From Octopus sinensis (Eukaryota), in assembly GCF_006345805.1 (NCBI RefSeq), contig NC_043004.1, forward strand, positions 6,076,001 to 6,140,000: DNA of 64,000 nt. Reading direction: 5' to 3'. The position numbers and the translations under genes are program-made. Shown here piece after piece: positions 24,051 to 37,203 of this stretch (within the stretch, counting starts at the first letter, position 1; each line of letters begins with the position of its first letter). Below the pieces are notes generated by a model that had not been told where the DNA came from, ran no database searches, and saw nothing but the letters and a program-made list of their open reading frames with translations.

Positions 24051-26881
24051 AAATTTCCACCGGTTTCTTGCTAGGTATATCATTCCCATTCTCATTATCT
24101 TCATATCTTAAGACTTGATGCTATGCTCACCACTACAGGTGACCAATGTAATCTCCAAACCTGGTAATGAGAGAATATTGACTGAGAAAGAGGACGAGAG
24201 TTCTTCCAACCCAGCCAACAGAGTTTGTTTGTAAAGTGAAGAGGGAAAAATAAGCAAGAGACCTTACGCCTAAGTCACCGTGGTTTATATTCCAAGCTGG
24301 CTTGGAGTATATTATTCACAGAGGAATCCACAATGATAATATCATAGGGATTTTCAATGATTATTTCATTTATGTTTTGTAATCTAGTCAATAAATAACA
24401 TGGGAAAATCATAATGTATACATTAGTTACAGTAAATATAATGAATGCTTGGTGTGGCTCAGTTTTATTGAAGCATCCTAACATTAGTGACAGCTTAGCA
24501 AATTTGCTTCTCAAGGTTATGTTAGGTACTTTCTGGTGTTATGGGTGACCTGAGAATTACTTGTTTTTCTTTCATTCTCTCTATGATTGAATGAACTAAA
24601 GTATTGTTTACATTTGGTTGGTGCCAAGCCAGGTTGCCAACCTAAGTGACAGAATACACCAATACACCAAAAGGTATGCATTGTCAAAATCTAGTTAAGT
24701 TAGCTATTAACTTGTATATTTAAACCTGTTTGAAATAACAGACTTGATGGTTTTACCCAAGACAATCTTTGTTTTTGGTGATGGTGGTGGTGGTGGGTTT
24801 AATTGAGACTTGCACTGTAAGGAAATAGGAATATTACCAGTTGTGCTGGTCAGGCAATTGCTGTTTTGCTGTTCAAGCAATTACTGTTGTTGCCATGCTG
24901 GCAATTACCACTGAATTGTGCTCCCATTTGCTGTTTTTGCTGCCTTCATTGTTATAAATAGTTTTATGGGACAGAGGCAAATGTAGTGTTTTATCAAATT
25001 TTAATTTTATTTAGTGTAGTTGTAAGTGGGACCCTGTTAAACATCACTGCTTAAATAAACCCTCTGGTATAGAGGTAGCCAACCTAATGAAGCATTTCAT
25101 CAAGAGATTTTAGTTCAGAATCTGCTGATTGTGTGTATTTTGAACCATGATGTAGGTTGTATTATATAAAGACAATTGGGTGTTGATAAACATTTAGCTG
25201 CTACATTAAGCTATTTAGGTGACTATGAGGAACTAGTTTTGTTGATCTGATTCTCTTGCTGAAATTTAGGCTTTAAAAACAAATATTTGTAAATTGGATA
25301 AATGTTTAGTAAATCATGTGACATGTAGTGGACTATTATTTAATCTTTGGAGTGCTTGTGAAACTTTCACTCTTCAAGCAGTTATATTATTTAACAGCTA
25401 AAGCCATAACCAATATTCCACTGTTCTTTATAGCAACAATACCAAATTGATGCTGCTTTGCAGGTTCTATTGAACTTTCTTTACATTCTAAGTTCAAATG
25501 CCACCGGGGTTGACTTTGCCTTTCATCCTTTCAAGGTCGATAAAATAAGTACCAGTGGAGCATTGGGGTTGATGTAATCAACTTACCCCATACCCTCAAT
25601 TTGCTGGCCTTATGCCAAAATTTGAAACCAATATTCTCTTTAATTATTCCCAGGAGAATGTATTTTTTATCTATGCCTTGTCATTTTTCATTTTCATTTT
25701 CTTTAGAAAACACACTAACAGAATTATACAGTATTTGGATCGTCCTACAAAAAAAACCATTGTAATTGTAGGATTTGTGAGCAATTAATATATTTGTAAT
25801 ATAAGAATGGCAGAAGATGGTGAGCTGACAGCATTATTAGCACACTGGATAAAATGCTTAGCGGCATTTTGTCCATCTTTATGTGTTGTGTTCAAATTCT
25901 GCTGAGGTTGACTTTGCTTTTTATCCCTTCAGGGTCGATAAACTAAGTACCAGTTGAACACTGGCGTTGATGCAATCAGCTAACCCCTCCCTCGAAATTG
26001 CTGGCCTTGTGCCAAAATTTGAATTCATTTCAAACCAATATATGAGTGGCAGAAACAGTAAAGTACCTACTAGCATATATTTCATCTCTTAGCAAACCAA
26101 ATTAAAATGCCAACTTCTAGAGTCGTTATAAGACGTACCAGTCATATACTGAGGTTGGCTTTACTTTGCTTTTAGAAATTTGTGGGCTTGTGCCAATACA
26201 AGCATTTATATTTGCATTAAAGGAACTTCAGTTTCCCATTTATTTGTACAGTAACTAAATTTACCATTCACAATTATATAGTTACTGAAGTCCTGGCTTG
26301 CAGTAGATTAAAATGAAAATAAGGACTAGGTTCTTGTATATTAAATTATAATTTTGGTGACCTGTTGGTACTTTAGTGTTACACTCTACATCATTGATAC
26401 ATGATATACCACATCATTACTATAAAGATAAATTCAGTTCACAACTACCCTCTTAATTCATCAAAACTGATAATAGAGGTCATGAGGTCTTGTGAACTTT
26501 GTAAAAAAAAATCCAGTTTTGATGTATCACTATTTTCTCCAGAGCATATGATTGTTACCTGATGATAGCAACTATTTCAATTTTCCTGTTGTTTTCTTTT
26601 CTGTGTGGAATTGGGTGAAATGCTTTTTTTTTCTTCTCTCTCAATCACATATTTTTTTTTCATTGAACATCATTATTCATTATCAAATTTTCAAAATATG
26701 TTGTTAAAAGATGAATTTGAAGTTTGTTGAATATAAATGAAGAAGAATATTAATCAAATCATTTTGTAAACCAATGTAATTTAGCCATCTACAGATAACG
26801 AGGTCTAAATATGATTGATTATATATATATATATATATATACATAAATGTATATACATATATGAATATATATATATGTGTA

Positions 26882-27001
26882 TTCTTAAACAAGAATATTA
26901 TTGACAGTAACTTCAAAGTTTGGGGCAGTGAAGCTGTTGTTAGATGATGGCTTAAATGGCTGAAACGTGAAGTCATTGTCAATAGTATTCTTGTTTAAGA
27001 A
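26882..27001. repeat. Inverted repeat with 34-bp arms and a 52-nt loop
   Basis: ttcttaaacaagaatattattgacagtaacttca versus reverse complement ttcttaaacaagaatactattgacaatgacttca (31/34). Confidence 0.95.
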
Positions 27002-28194
27002 CAATAAATTTGTACTCTAAAAAAGTATAGAGTTACCTGTCAGATTATTGTCAAATTGTTTTTATTGTAACTGAAAACAAAAACAAACTTTAACATATAT
27101 CTGTACCTATATATCTATATGTATATATATATATCTATATATATATAAATATATCTATATGTATATATATATATGTATGTATACACTTACACATATACCC
27201 TTGAAATATGTTAAAAAGTAATAACTATTCTCTCTACGCACACTCAAATGACTGTTGGGCTATTTTGGTGGTATCATTATTGTAAACAAGAACACATTGA
27301 TGAATTTAACCAGTTATTTATTCTGTGCAGCTTTCATCTCCTTAACTCATTCTGTTCACACAATTTCCTATTTGTTTTGCTGAATCCTATTCTCAAAGAA
27401 TTCTCCTATTATTTGTTTCATCATACTTTCTTCATTTTCCCCCCTCTTTTTTTTAAAGTTGGATGTCTTAATAATTGTAGTTGTAGTCGGGAGTTTAGTT
27501 TGAAATAGTCGAGTGGTTCAGTCGTGTAATAATAATAATAATAAAAAAAAAAAGCTTTTGATTTTAGTTTGAGTTGGTGTGACTTAAAAGACTTACCACA
27601 GCTGTTTTATGGCAGCACTGTACACAGACAGAGGGTTTAATGTTAAAGAGCCAGTGAGTCGTTAACCCAAATTTTGTATCTATTGTGATACAACAAAACT
27701 GGTAATATATTTGTTGACTGCCAATATGTTAAATTGTAATAGTGTTGAAAAAGAAAAAAAAATTAATTTCTTTTTAATCTTGCTTTGACTTAAACCATTT
27801 ACTTTACAGGCCCACAAACAATATCTGCTAGAAACTAAGGTCAAAATTACAATTTAATTTGCTTAGGCATTCCTTAGAATAATTTAGTTTCATTTTAGTC
27901 ACACCTAAAACATTCCATTTGTATAAATACAACATTTTTAGTCTGTAAAATGTTTCCTAAACATTACAATATTTGTATTTCAATCATTCCATCATAGAAG
28001 TGTATTTGGCTTCAACCATTCCTTGGTCTAAATCAAAGAATTGACTTTGAACATTAAGCATGGTGTGAAAATAATTATAAAATCTTGACCATTCCATGAT
28101 CCAAAATAAACATCAAATCTAGCAGGTAACACACATAGGAATCATTGTTTGATTGGGCATAACCTGTACTCTTCTATCATTTATGCACACATAG

Positions 28195-28234
<40 letters not shown>

Positions 28235-31200
28235 GTATGTATATATGTGTGTGCATGTATGTATATACTTACACAACTGCTTTCGAATCTGGTTTAATAA
28301 TGTACCATTTTAAAAGAAATCTACCATTCCTATATCTTATAAAAGATCACTGCTGTCACCTTAACAATTTAGGTATTTCTTTAAATATTACAATCCAGTT
28401 TTTATTTGAGAAAAATTAAAGCAATAATTTTATTAGAATTAATAGTGAAAGAATAGATTGCTTTTTTTTTTCACTCAGTTATCAAAACTCTGTTTCTGTT
28501 GGTTCTTATGTGTTTGATAATATCTATTGAGATAGCAAGGAAAACATTTATTGAAAAAAAAACCCAATAAAATTATGAAAGAATTCCAAAATTGTTGAAC
28601 TTAATAAATCCGACAGTCATGTTTTAATACTTGGATGGCTATTTTTCTTTATAATTTTGTACATTTTACAGTTGTGAAAAATGTTAGATCTTCTATGTTA
28701 TCATTTCCTGAATAGCTTAAGGTTACCTTTCTATATTTTATTCTAGTTAAGTCTTAAAAAATAGCAAAAAATTTCTTCTTAAACTATGATATTTGGGTTT
28801 ATTTTTCATATCTACTGCCATCTTTGTTAATGTGATAATGGTGTAGGGTGATGGAAAATGGTTTCAAATTATCATGTTGTTTCACCCCTCATCTGTTTTG
28901 TATGGGGAGATACTTAGTGTGCTTGCCCTGGCCTGCTGAACACTTACGTATCTTATCATTTGATCTATCCTATGTGTGCCTCTCTTTTCCAGAAATGTTC
29001 TTTACTCAAACATTTTCATGAACGGGTAAAAACCAAGAAAATATATTGTTATTAGGATAATCATAGTTACAGATGGAATATCTAAGCTGTTATAAAATTT
29101 TTTAAAAATCAAAAAAAAAAAAAACCAAGAACTTAATCTCATCTTCAGAACCAAATAAAAATTATGCTTATTTGAATAAATTTTCACATTTTCTCAAATC
29201 ATGGTTTGTAGTTATGAACAAGATGCACACACATGTTATAAAATTTTAGTTTTAGTTCATATAATAATATTTGAATCATGCTAAGAATTGAAGAACAAAA
29301 ATAAAATTATGTAATTAACCAGTTTTAATTCTGAAACTATTTAGATATTTGCATTTTAAGTTTAGGGCATCTTTTTGATAGAAGTTTGTAGGCTGTGAAA
29401 AAAAAAAAAAAGTTGTTTTATTAATCTGCTTCTGGTATCTACAAAATGCTTGAGGTTTTTTTAACAAAATTTTTTTCATTAGTACTTTGCTTCATTGCCT
29501 GTTATATCAATCTATGGCTTTGATGTCTCCATAACTGAAGTTACTGGCATGCAATGTCTCATACTCTTTACTGAGAGAAAGAACTTTGTGTTGTGTTTAA
29601 ATCTAAAAAAAAAAAGAAAAAAAAAATTTTTTTTACCTTCATGAAAAGCAATGCAATCTCCGGAGTTCATTTTTTTCTTTAAAAATGGTTGGAATTTCTT
29701 CCTCTTGTTACCTAATGATTGGAGCTTTTTTTTTTTCTTTTGGTTTTAGGAGATCTGCTCTATATTCCTATTTGTGCAGCACATACATATCTTTTTACTG
29801 GATCCTAGTGTCTGCCAGTAATCTTATGTTCGCCCCAAGAATTTATCATCTGTATCTGGTGTCTCTAAGCTTGATAAAGTTTGGTGTGCGACACTGTTTG
29901 TTATATTCTTAGGTTGAATTCTTAAAGAAAAAAAAAAAGAAAATGGTTCAAAATAATTTCTTTCAATAAAACAATAAAAAGAATACAAACAGTATTTCTT
30001 TTTTTTTTTAAGTTTTGTCTCCATTTGCTGTAATTGTTAGGACTGCTCTGATAGTTTTATTAAAAAAAAGTTACTGGGTTTAGACATTAATATCACTTTT
30101 TACACAGAGTTTTTCATATTTCTAAAAAAAAAATCAACAAAAATGTTTTTAATTATTATCTTTTTGTCTTTTTGATTACTTCATTGGACTATTTATAATG
30201 ACAGAAAACTGTCTTTATTTTAAACTAGTGGAAACTAAAACTTTTTGGATTGTTTCCTTTGTTAAACATTTGTGTCTATCTTATTCTGTGGAAACACAGC
30301 CCTTTCTGGCTAAAATATTAATGCCAGCATTTAAGCAATACCTGCTTTAAATTGCTAACGGGAAATATAACTTGATGATAAAATGTATTTTGACTTTTTG
30401 AAAGTCATTTTTTTTCTCATTAACATTTTTTCCTTATTAGTTATTAACAAAGCATATAAATTACTTTGGAGTCTTGATAACAATGAGATTTTGCGAACCT
30501 ACTCTAAATGTTGTCAGTTTTTTTGTTTTTTTTTGTTATTGTTATATTAAAATGTCTAAGCTATCTCCCAAAAGTTTAGACAGGTAATGGTATTTGTATT
30601 TTTCTGTGGTTTTAGTAAACTATTCATTTTACTACTATAAATTCATGCACGCACATCTCCATTTATTTAACTAATTCTGGAGCGTGTATACATTATATAC
30701 ACCAGTACGCATTTATATGTTAAATTTTTTAAGTGTTTCAAACTGAAAAATGTTTTGTGTGATTTGGTGCGACTAATTTTATTACAGCTTCTTTTCCTTA
30801 TACAAATGGTACTTGAAAATGTTTTTTTTTTCTTTTTTATGTCTCCCTTTACTTGGACAGTAAAATGTTTTTATTATAACTACTTTTGTTTGTTCCAGGT
30901 CTAACAAATCCCTTTTATCATCTTTGTAGTTACCATCTAATGTTAGTTACATTTTAGTTCTTCAACTGGGTTGCAACTTGCAAACCATACCATTATTCAT
31001 TCAGTACTACTCCAAACAGAAATCCGTTCCAATGTCCGGCAAAGACTGGATGGTGCCAGTTCTGCCATATTTCCATTCCTGAAAGCAGAATCCGACCAAT
31101 TTATGATACTTGTTAACTTTATTTTTTGTCTGTTGATGTTATCCTTGGAAAAAAAAAAAGAGAAAAAATCTGGTCTGAATAGTTACCATTAGTTACTGCT

Positions 31201-33542
31201 GAATACCTAACGCATTGACTGCATTTTGTACCAACTTTTAGTAACAAACTACAACAAACAAAATCAGAAAACCAACCAACCAACCAACCAATCCTTTCTA
31301 AGTGTATTTAGTCACTGTTTTTTTTTTTTAAATTTGTTATATTCCTTGATCATTGATTACTAAAAGCACTAGTTGTGTATGTTTCTATATTATTGTTGTT
31401 GTTGTTAAAAAAGATGAATTTTAAAATGTGGACTTGTTTTTTTCTTTCCTTTTTTTTTGTCCTTTTAATACTTCATTTGGTTTTGGGTTTATATAACTGT
31501 CAACTTAATTCTTCAGCCAAACTATCAACGCTTTTAAAATCAGTTCCTTGGACAACCTGTCAATGTTGACTCATTTCTATAGCCATCCCGTTGACGTTAT
31601 TTCCTGTCGATGTTGCTATAGAATCTATATCACAGTATTATAAATTTGGGATTCATTAAAACGACAGTTTTTCTGTTTTTTTTTTTTTAAACCCTGGAAG
31701 GTATTTGTTATCATTCATGTTACCCTGCAGTTTTGACAGTTCCAGTAACTGTCTCAGCAGTTCTGCTACTCCTGACAGACAAGGAACATATTTTCACACA
31801 TAAATGATTTGCTTTTGAAAATTTGTTGATTTTATTACAAAACAGTATTGTTTGAATAGAGATATATTTCTGATGCTGTAGCCAAGATATATTAACTCTT
31901 TAAACAGATATATTACTATTCAAGCATTATTGCTTGCAACAAAAATTCAGCTATACATATATATATATATGTATACATACATATATATAATAAATTCATC
32001 TGCGAAAGCAAAGTTTTGTTTTTAATATCACTTATATTTTAACATTATTTGTTGATGATATTTTTTTTAAAACTTAGAATTAGCTTATACATCTTGTATA
32101 TCAGTGTATCGGAAGGAATTCAAACCTTAAAACTTTTACCCCTGAATCAGGGGTCATCATGGTTTGGAGTGTTATTATTAGCAATGGGGACCAGACATGC
32201 TTGGGAAGCTGGATTAATGTTAAGGTTATATATTAATATAAAATAAATCTAGCTTCAGGTATCTACCACTGACAAGGTCAAGGAAGGCTGAAGTCACATG
32301 TTGTGGCAGTGATAGAAAAGATTATCTCCTGCTAGCAATATAAACATGAGTGTTTATATGCATCACAAGTCCATATGAGAGTTTCGTAGTAAATATTGCA
32401 GTATTCCGTGTTCTAACACAACATCGTATTGTAAGTAGCGATAAACATTACCTTTTGGTATTGATACTGCTTCTATTGTTATTAATTATATACCTTCAGA
32501 TAAAGAGCACATCAATCACAGAGGTGTTAAACTCTGCCACATACACACACCTCCAAGCCTCTGTATCAAGAGCGAAATTTTGCCAGGTAGTCTTTTTTTA
32601 TTTTAAAAGGAAATTCTGAGGTTGTCTTATATACCCAGCCAGCATATATTGTAGGTGTGTGAGTTCATACAAACACACCATTTATTCCATCTTAGGTGGA
32701 ATAAAGCAGGGTTATAGGATTACCATTTAACTGATGAAAAAACTTTTATATTGCATTTATGGATGCTTAAGTAGAACTTTAATTATGTTAAGCTCCCTGA
32801 TCTTGGAGGGTCTACAAAGATCATTGGTACTGCTTCTTCCTCCAGATTTAGTAAGTAAAAAGAAGAAAATCATTTTGGATGTAGGGAGGAGTCTTAAAAG
32901 TAAAATAACAAAACAATGAAGAGAGCTTCTTACAATGAAAAAAGGGAAATTTTTCGCAACATATATTTCAGGCACAAAGGCCCATGATCAGATCCAGATG
33001 ATAGTTATGCAGACCGACCCTGCAGTGTCTGTAAGTCGTGGTGGCACCAATGGGCAAGTGTTGTAGCAGCAACAACTCACAGAGGTCAAATTGGAGTCAG
33101 CCATGGATGGCTAGTTGTTGGCTGGAAGTAGTTTTGGTGAAGGCAACTGCCTACATTGATACTAGTGGTGATGCTAGATGTAATAGTAGTAGTAGTAGTA
33201 GTTGGTGTCATGGTGCTGGAACAGGTAAAAGTATTTAGATTCAGTCTCACAAGGCTCTAATTTTGAAGTTCACTCATCTGTGAACTTTTGACTGACTTAT
33301 TCATATGCAGTAGGAATAGTTGTTTACCTGCTAAGAAAATGTTCAAATTCACTAATATCAATATTAACAAGAGCATGAACCTCCACCAAAGCAACACCAA
33401 TGTCCTCTCAATGATTAGCTGGAGATGACCTTTAAAATGAGAATATCTGAAATAAACTTGACTGCTCTTACAAACAAGAATACTAAAAATGAACCCAACT
33501 TCTCCCAAAACTTAAATTTAAAAACAGGAAAAATAATCCAGA

Positions 33543-33718
33543 ATTCTTGTCCAGTACAGGATCAATTCCAAAATCTAATCAGTTCATGCCAGTCATGAGG
33601 CCAAACATCCCTGAAAGTTTCATCTGAATCCATCCAGTGGTTCTTGAGATATCTTGTCCACAAATAAACAAACACAACTGAAAACAATACCTCCGCCTTC
33701 GCTAAGGCAGAGGTAATA
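33543..33718 (+). mobile_element. Helentron/HINE-like non-autonomous element end
   Basis: aaagtttcatctgaatccatccagtggttcttgagatat, then a caaa micro-repeat, then a terminal stem-loop cctccgcc-ttcgctaa-ggcagagg followed by taataa. This resembles DINE-1/HINE architecture. Confidence 0.4.
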
Positions 33719-36633
33719 AAGTTTATATACCAACCAATAACAAAATCAGGTTATGTTCCTCCTTTATCAAAGAGGATGGAAACAACTAAAAAAATACCAA
33801 TTCCTTCAACTATTTTAGGGATTGTCATTCTCCAAAGAGGAAATCTTTATGATATAACGTAGGCAAAGACTGCTTTTCTGTCATTATCAACTGACATGGA
33901 ATAGTTATCATATGGCTCTGGTTACAAAAATCGTTGCCTGAACACTCATCTTGATCATGCTTTTGTCAGAGACCAAAAGCTACAACACCTACAACCATCA
34001 CATTCAAGTGATTGTTCATAGCTTGAACATAATAGTTTCATACCTAATTCCAGCTGACAGTTGGCTGTTCCTCTCTACTATAGAGAACTACAACCCATTA
34101 TCATTATTTACTGTCCACTTCCAAGAAAATACAAACATATACAGCAGGCTTTCAGTTTTCATTTACCAAATTCACAGACAAGGCTTTAGTTGGTCCAGGA
34201 CTATAGTTGAAGATATTTGTCCAAGGTGTCAAGCAGTGGGATTGAACCAGAATCCATGTGATTGGGAAGTAAACTTCTTAGCTACATAGCCACACCTATG
34301 CCTTTAGACTGACTCAAAAATATTTCTTTCAAATCACAGATTTGTTTTTGATTGAGTTGATTTTTATATCATTTTTTTTTAAATTCCATTTTGTGACCCC
34401 TCATTCATTGGACAATGAACTTTGCTTGTGAAGACCTATTGAGGCAAGTGTAAACAAATCAAAATTGCTGACGTGGCTGATGACAATAACGCCTGATTAG
34501 CACTTGTGCCAATGGAACATTAAAAGCACATCTGAGCGTGATCATTGCCAGGGCCACAGATTGTCTCCTGTACTGGTGGTACGTGAACAACACCATTCGA
34601 GTGTGATTGTTGCCAGAGTCACCCTACCAGCACATATGCCAGTTGCACTTGAAAAACAACAGTTGAGCGTGGTCGTTGCCAGTGCTGCTGGACTGGCCCT
34701 TGTGCCGATGTCATGTAAAAGCACCCACTACACTCTCGAAGTGGTTGGCATTAGGAAGGGTATCCGGATGTAGAAACTTTGCCAGATCAGGTTGAGCCTG
34801 GTTCAGCCTGTGGCTCACCAGTCTTCAGTCAAACAGTCCAACCCATGCCAGCATGGAAAGCGGACATTAAACAATGATGATGATGTTAGGTCTGTCTAGA
34901 AGGCTCAGGGTAATAGTTTTATTACATTGGATTATTAACCTCACTTTGTGATGCTTTTTAGTTCTATCTCATCTCTGATTATCATATCAGCTTGAACTTG
35001 TAACTCTAGTTATTACTTTGAAGAAGATAACAGATCCAAAAATCATAAGCTAGAGAACCAAATCAGCAATATAAGAAGTAATGTTAAAATTTTAAGGATC
35101 ATCACTGGCTTTTACATTTTTTTTTTATGATCCTTTAGTGTGATATTCATCATCATCATCATTTAACGACCGCTTTCCATGCTAGCATAGGTTGGATGAT
35201 TTGAATGAGGACTGGCGAACCAGATGGCGGCACCAGGCACCAATCTGATCTACAGCTGGATGCCCTTCCTAATGCCAGCCACTCCAAGAGTGTAGTGGGT
35301 GCTTTTATGTGCCACCGGCACAAGGGACAGTCAGGCGGTACTGGCAATGGCCATGCTCAAATGGTGTTTTACACGTACCACCTGTACAGAAGCCAGTCCA
35401 GCAGTACTGGCAATGACCTCGCTTGAATGCTTTTCACGTGCTACCGGCACTAGTGACAGTAAGGTGACACTGGTAATGATCATGTTCGAATGGTGCTTTT
35501 TACGTGCCACTGGCACGGAAGCCAGTTAGCTGCTCTGGCAACAATCACGCTCAGATGGTGCTCTTAGCGCTCCACTAGCACAGATGCCAGTCATTGAATT
35601 TGATTTCGATTTCAATAAGTTTGTTAAATAGTTATGGATAAATAAGAACAGCTGGTGGGCTACAGCTTACTTTCATAATGGCCACATTAATACTCTTTTC
35701 TACTCTAGACAGAAAGCCTGAAATTTTTGGGGAGGGGGCCAATCAATTAGATCAACCCCAGTACACAATTGGTACTTAATTTATTGACCCTAAAAGGATG
35801 AAAGGCAAAGCCGACCGTGGCAGAATTTGAACTCAGAACATAAAGACAGACGAAATACCTATTTCTTTATTACTCACAAGGGGCTAAATATAGAGGGGAC
35901 AGACATAGGTATTAAGTCGATTACATCGACCCCAGTGTGTAACTGGTACTTAATTTATTGACCCTGAAAGGCAAAGTCAACCTTGGTGGAATTTGAACTC
36001 AGAACGTAATGGAAGACGAAATACCGCTAAGCATTTCACCTGGCATGCTAATGTTTCTGCCAACTCACCACCTTAATAATAATATTGTACTAGTTCTCAT
36101 AAGGCAGTGAGCCGGAAGGATCGTTAGCATGTCAGGGAAATTGCTTATTGGCATTTTGTCTATCTTTACATTCATCATCATTTAACGTTCATTGTCCATG
36201 CTGGCATGGGTTGGACAGTTTGATCAAAGCTGGCAAGCTAGGGAGTTGCACTGGACTCCAGTCTGATTTGCCATGGTTTCTATGGTTGGATGCCCTTCCT
36301 AACAACAACCACTTTACAGAGTGTGCTGGGTGCTTTTGCGTGGCACCACATGGGTGCTTTTACATGTTGCCATATGGATGCATTTACACCACCAGAAGGA
36401 TTGGTCTTAACACTTCTGCTGCAGAGTACAGGTCTTCTTGAGTTCAAATTATTCGAATGGTAGACTTTGTCTTTCATCCTTTCAGGTTTGAAGAAATAAG
36501 TAGCAGTTGAATACAAGAGCCAATGTATTCAACGTAACCCCTCCCTTCAAAATTTCTGACCTTGTGCCAAAATTTGAAACCAATATTGTATTAGCTCTCA
36601 TTAATTTTTATTATCCTGCAACATTTGATTTTA

Positions 36634-37203
36634 TTGGGTTGTCCGGAAAGTTTGTGCCGATTTTTAAAGGAAAGAAAAAGGTCAATAAATATTTGCCATT
36701 ACATTTTTAATCAACCAAATACGAGCCATTTTGTTGCACAGTGCATCTCCATCTTTTCTTTAACTTGAAAATACCCTCTTCTCAGAATTGAGGTGGTTTC
36801 ATGGCAAAGAATTCATCAAGGTATCTTTTTATGTCATCCAAGGAATTTAAATTTTTACCATTAAGACTATTCTGCAGAGACCTGAATAAGTAAGTGGAAA
36901 TCTGAAGGAGCAATATCTGGTGAATCTGGAGGATGGGGTAACACATTTCAGCCAAGCTGCAACAATTTTTGTCTGGTTCCCAAAGCATCAAGTGCTGAAA
37001 ATAAACTTTCTTATCTTCCATTTTAAAGGGTTACAGAATAAACACAGGTTATAGGAACATAAACCTTCTTCCACGAAAAGATAGCTTAAACTGTGCTCTA
37101 AATGGACGTGTAGTCAAATCCTATTTTATGGACTCAACCATGTTCTAAAATAAGTTGAAACATAAGCTACTATAAATCAGCACAAACTTTCTGGACAACC
37201 AAA
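36634..37203 (-). mobile_element. Internally deleted mariner element (570 bp)
   Basis: TIRs ttgggttgtccggaaagtttgtgccgattt / reverse complement tttggttgtccagaaagtttgtgctgattt with TA on both sides. Minus strand encodes HPPDSPDIAPSDFHLFRSLQNSL (mariner YSPDL-region motif). Confidence 0.9.
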
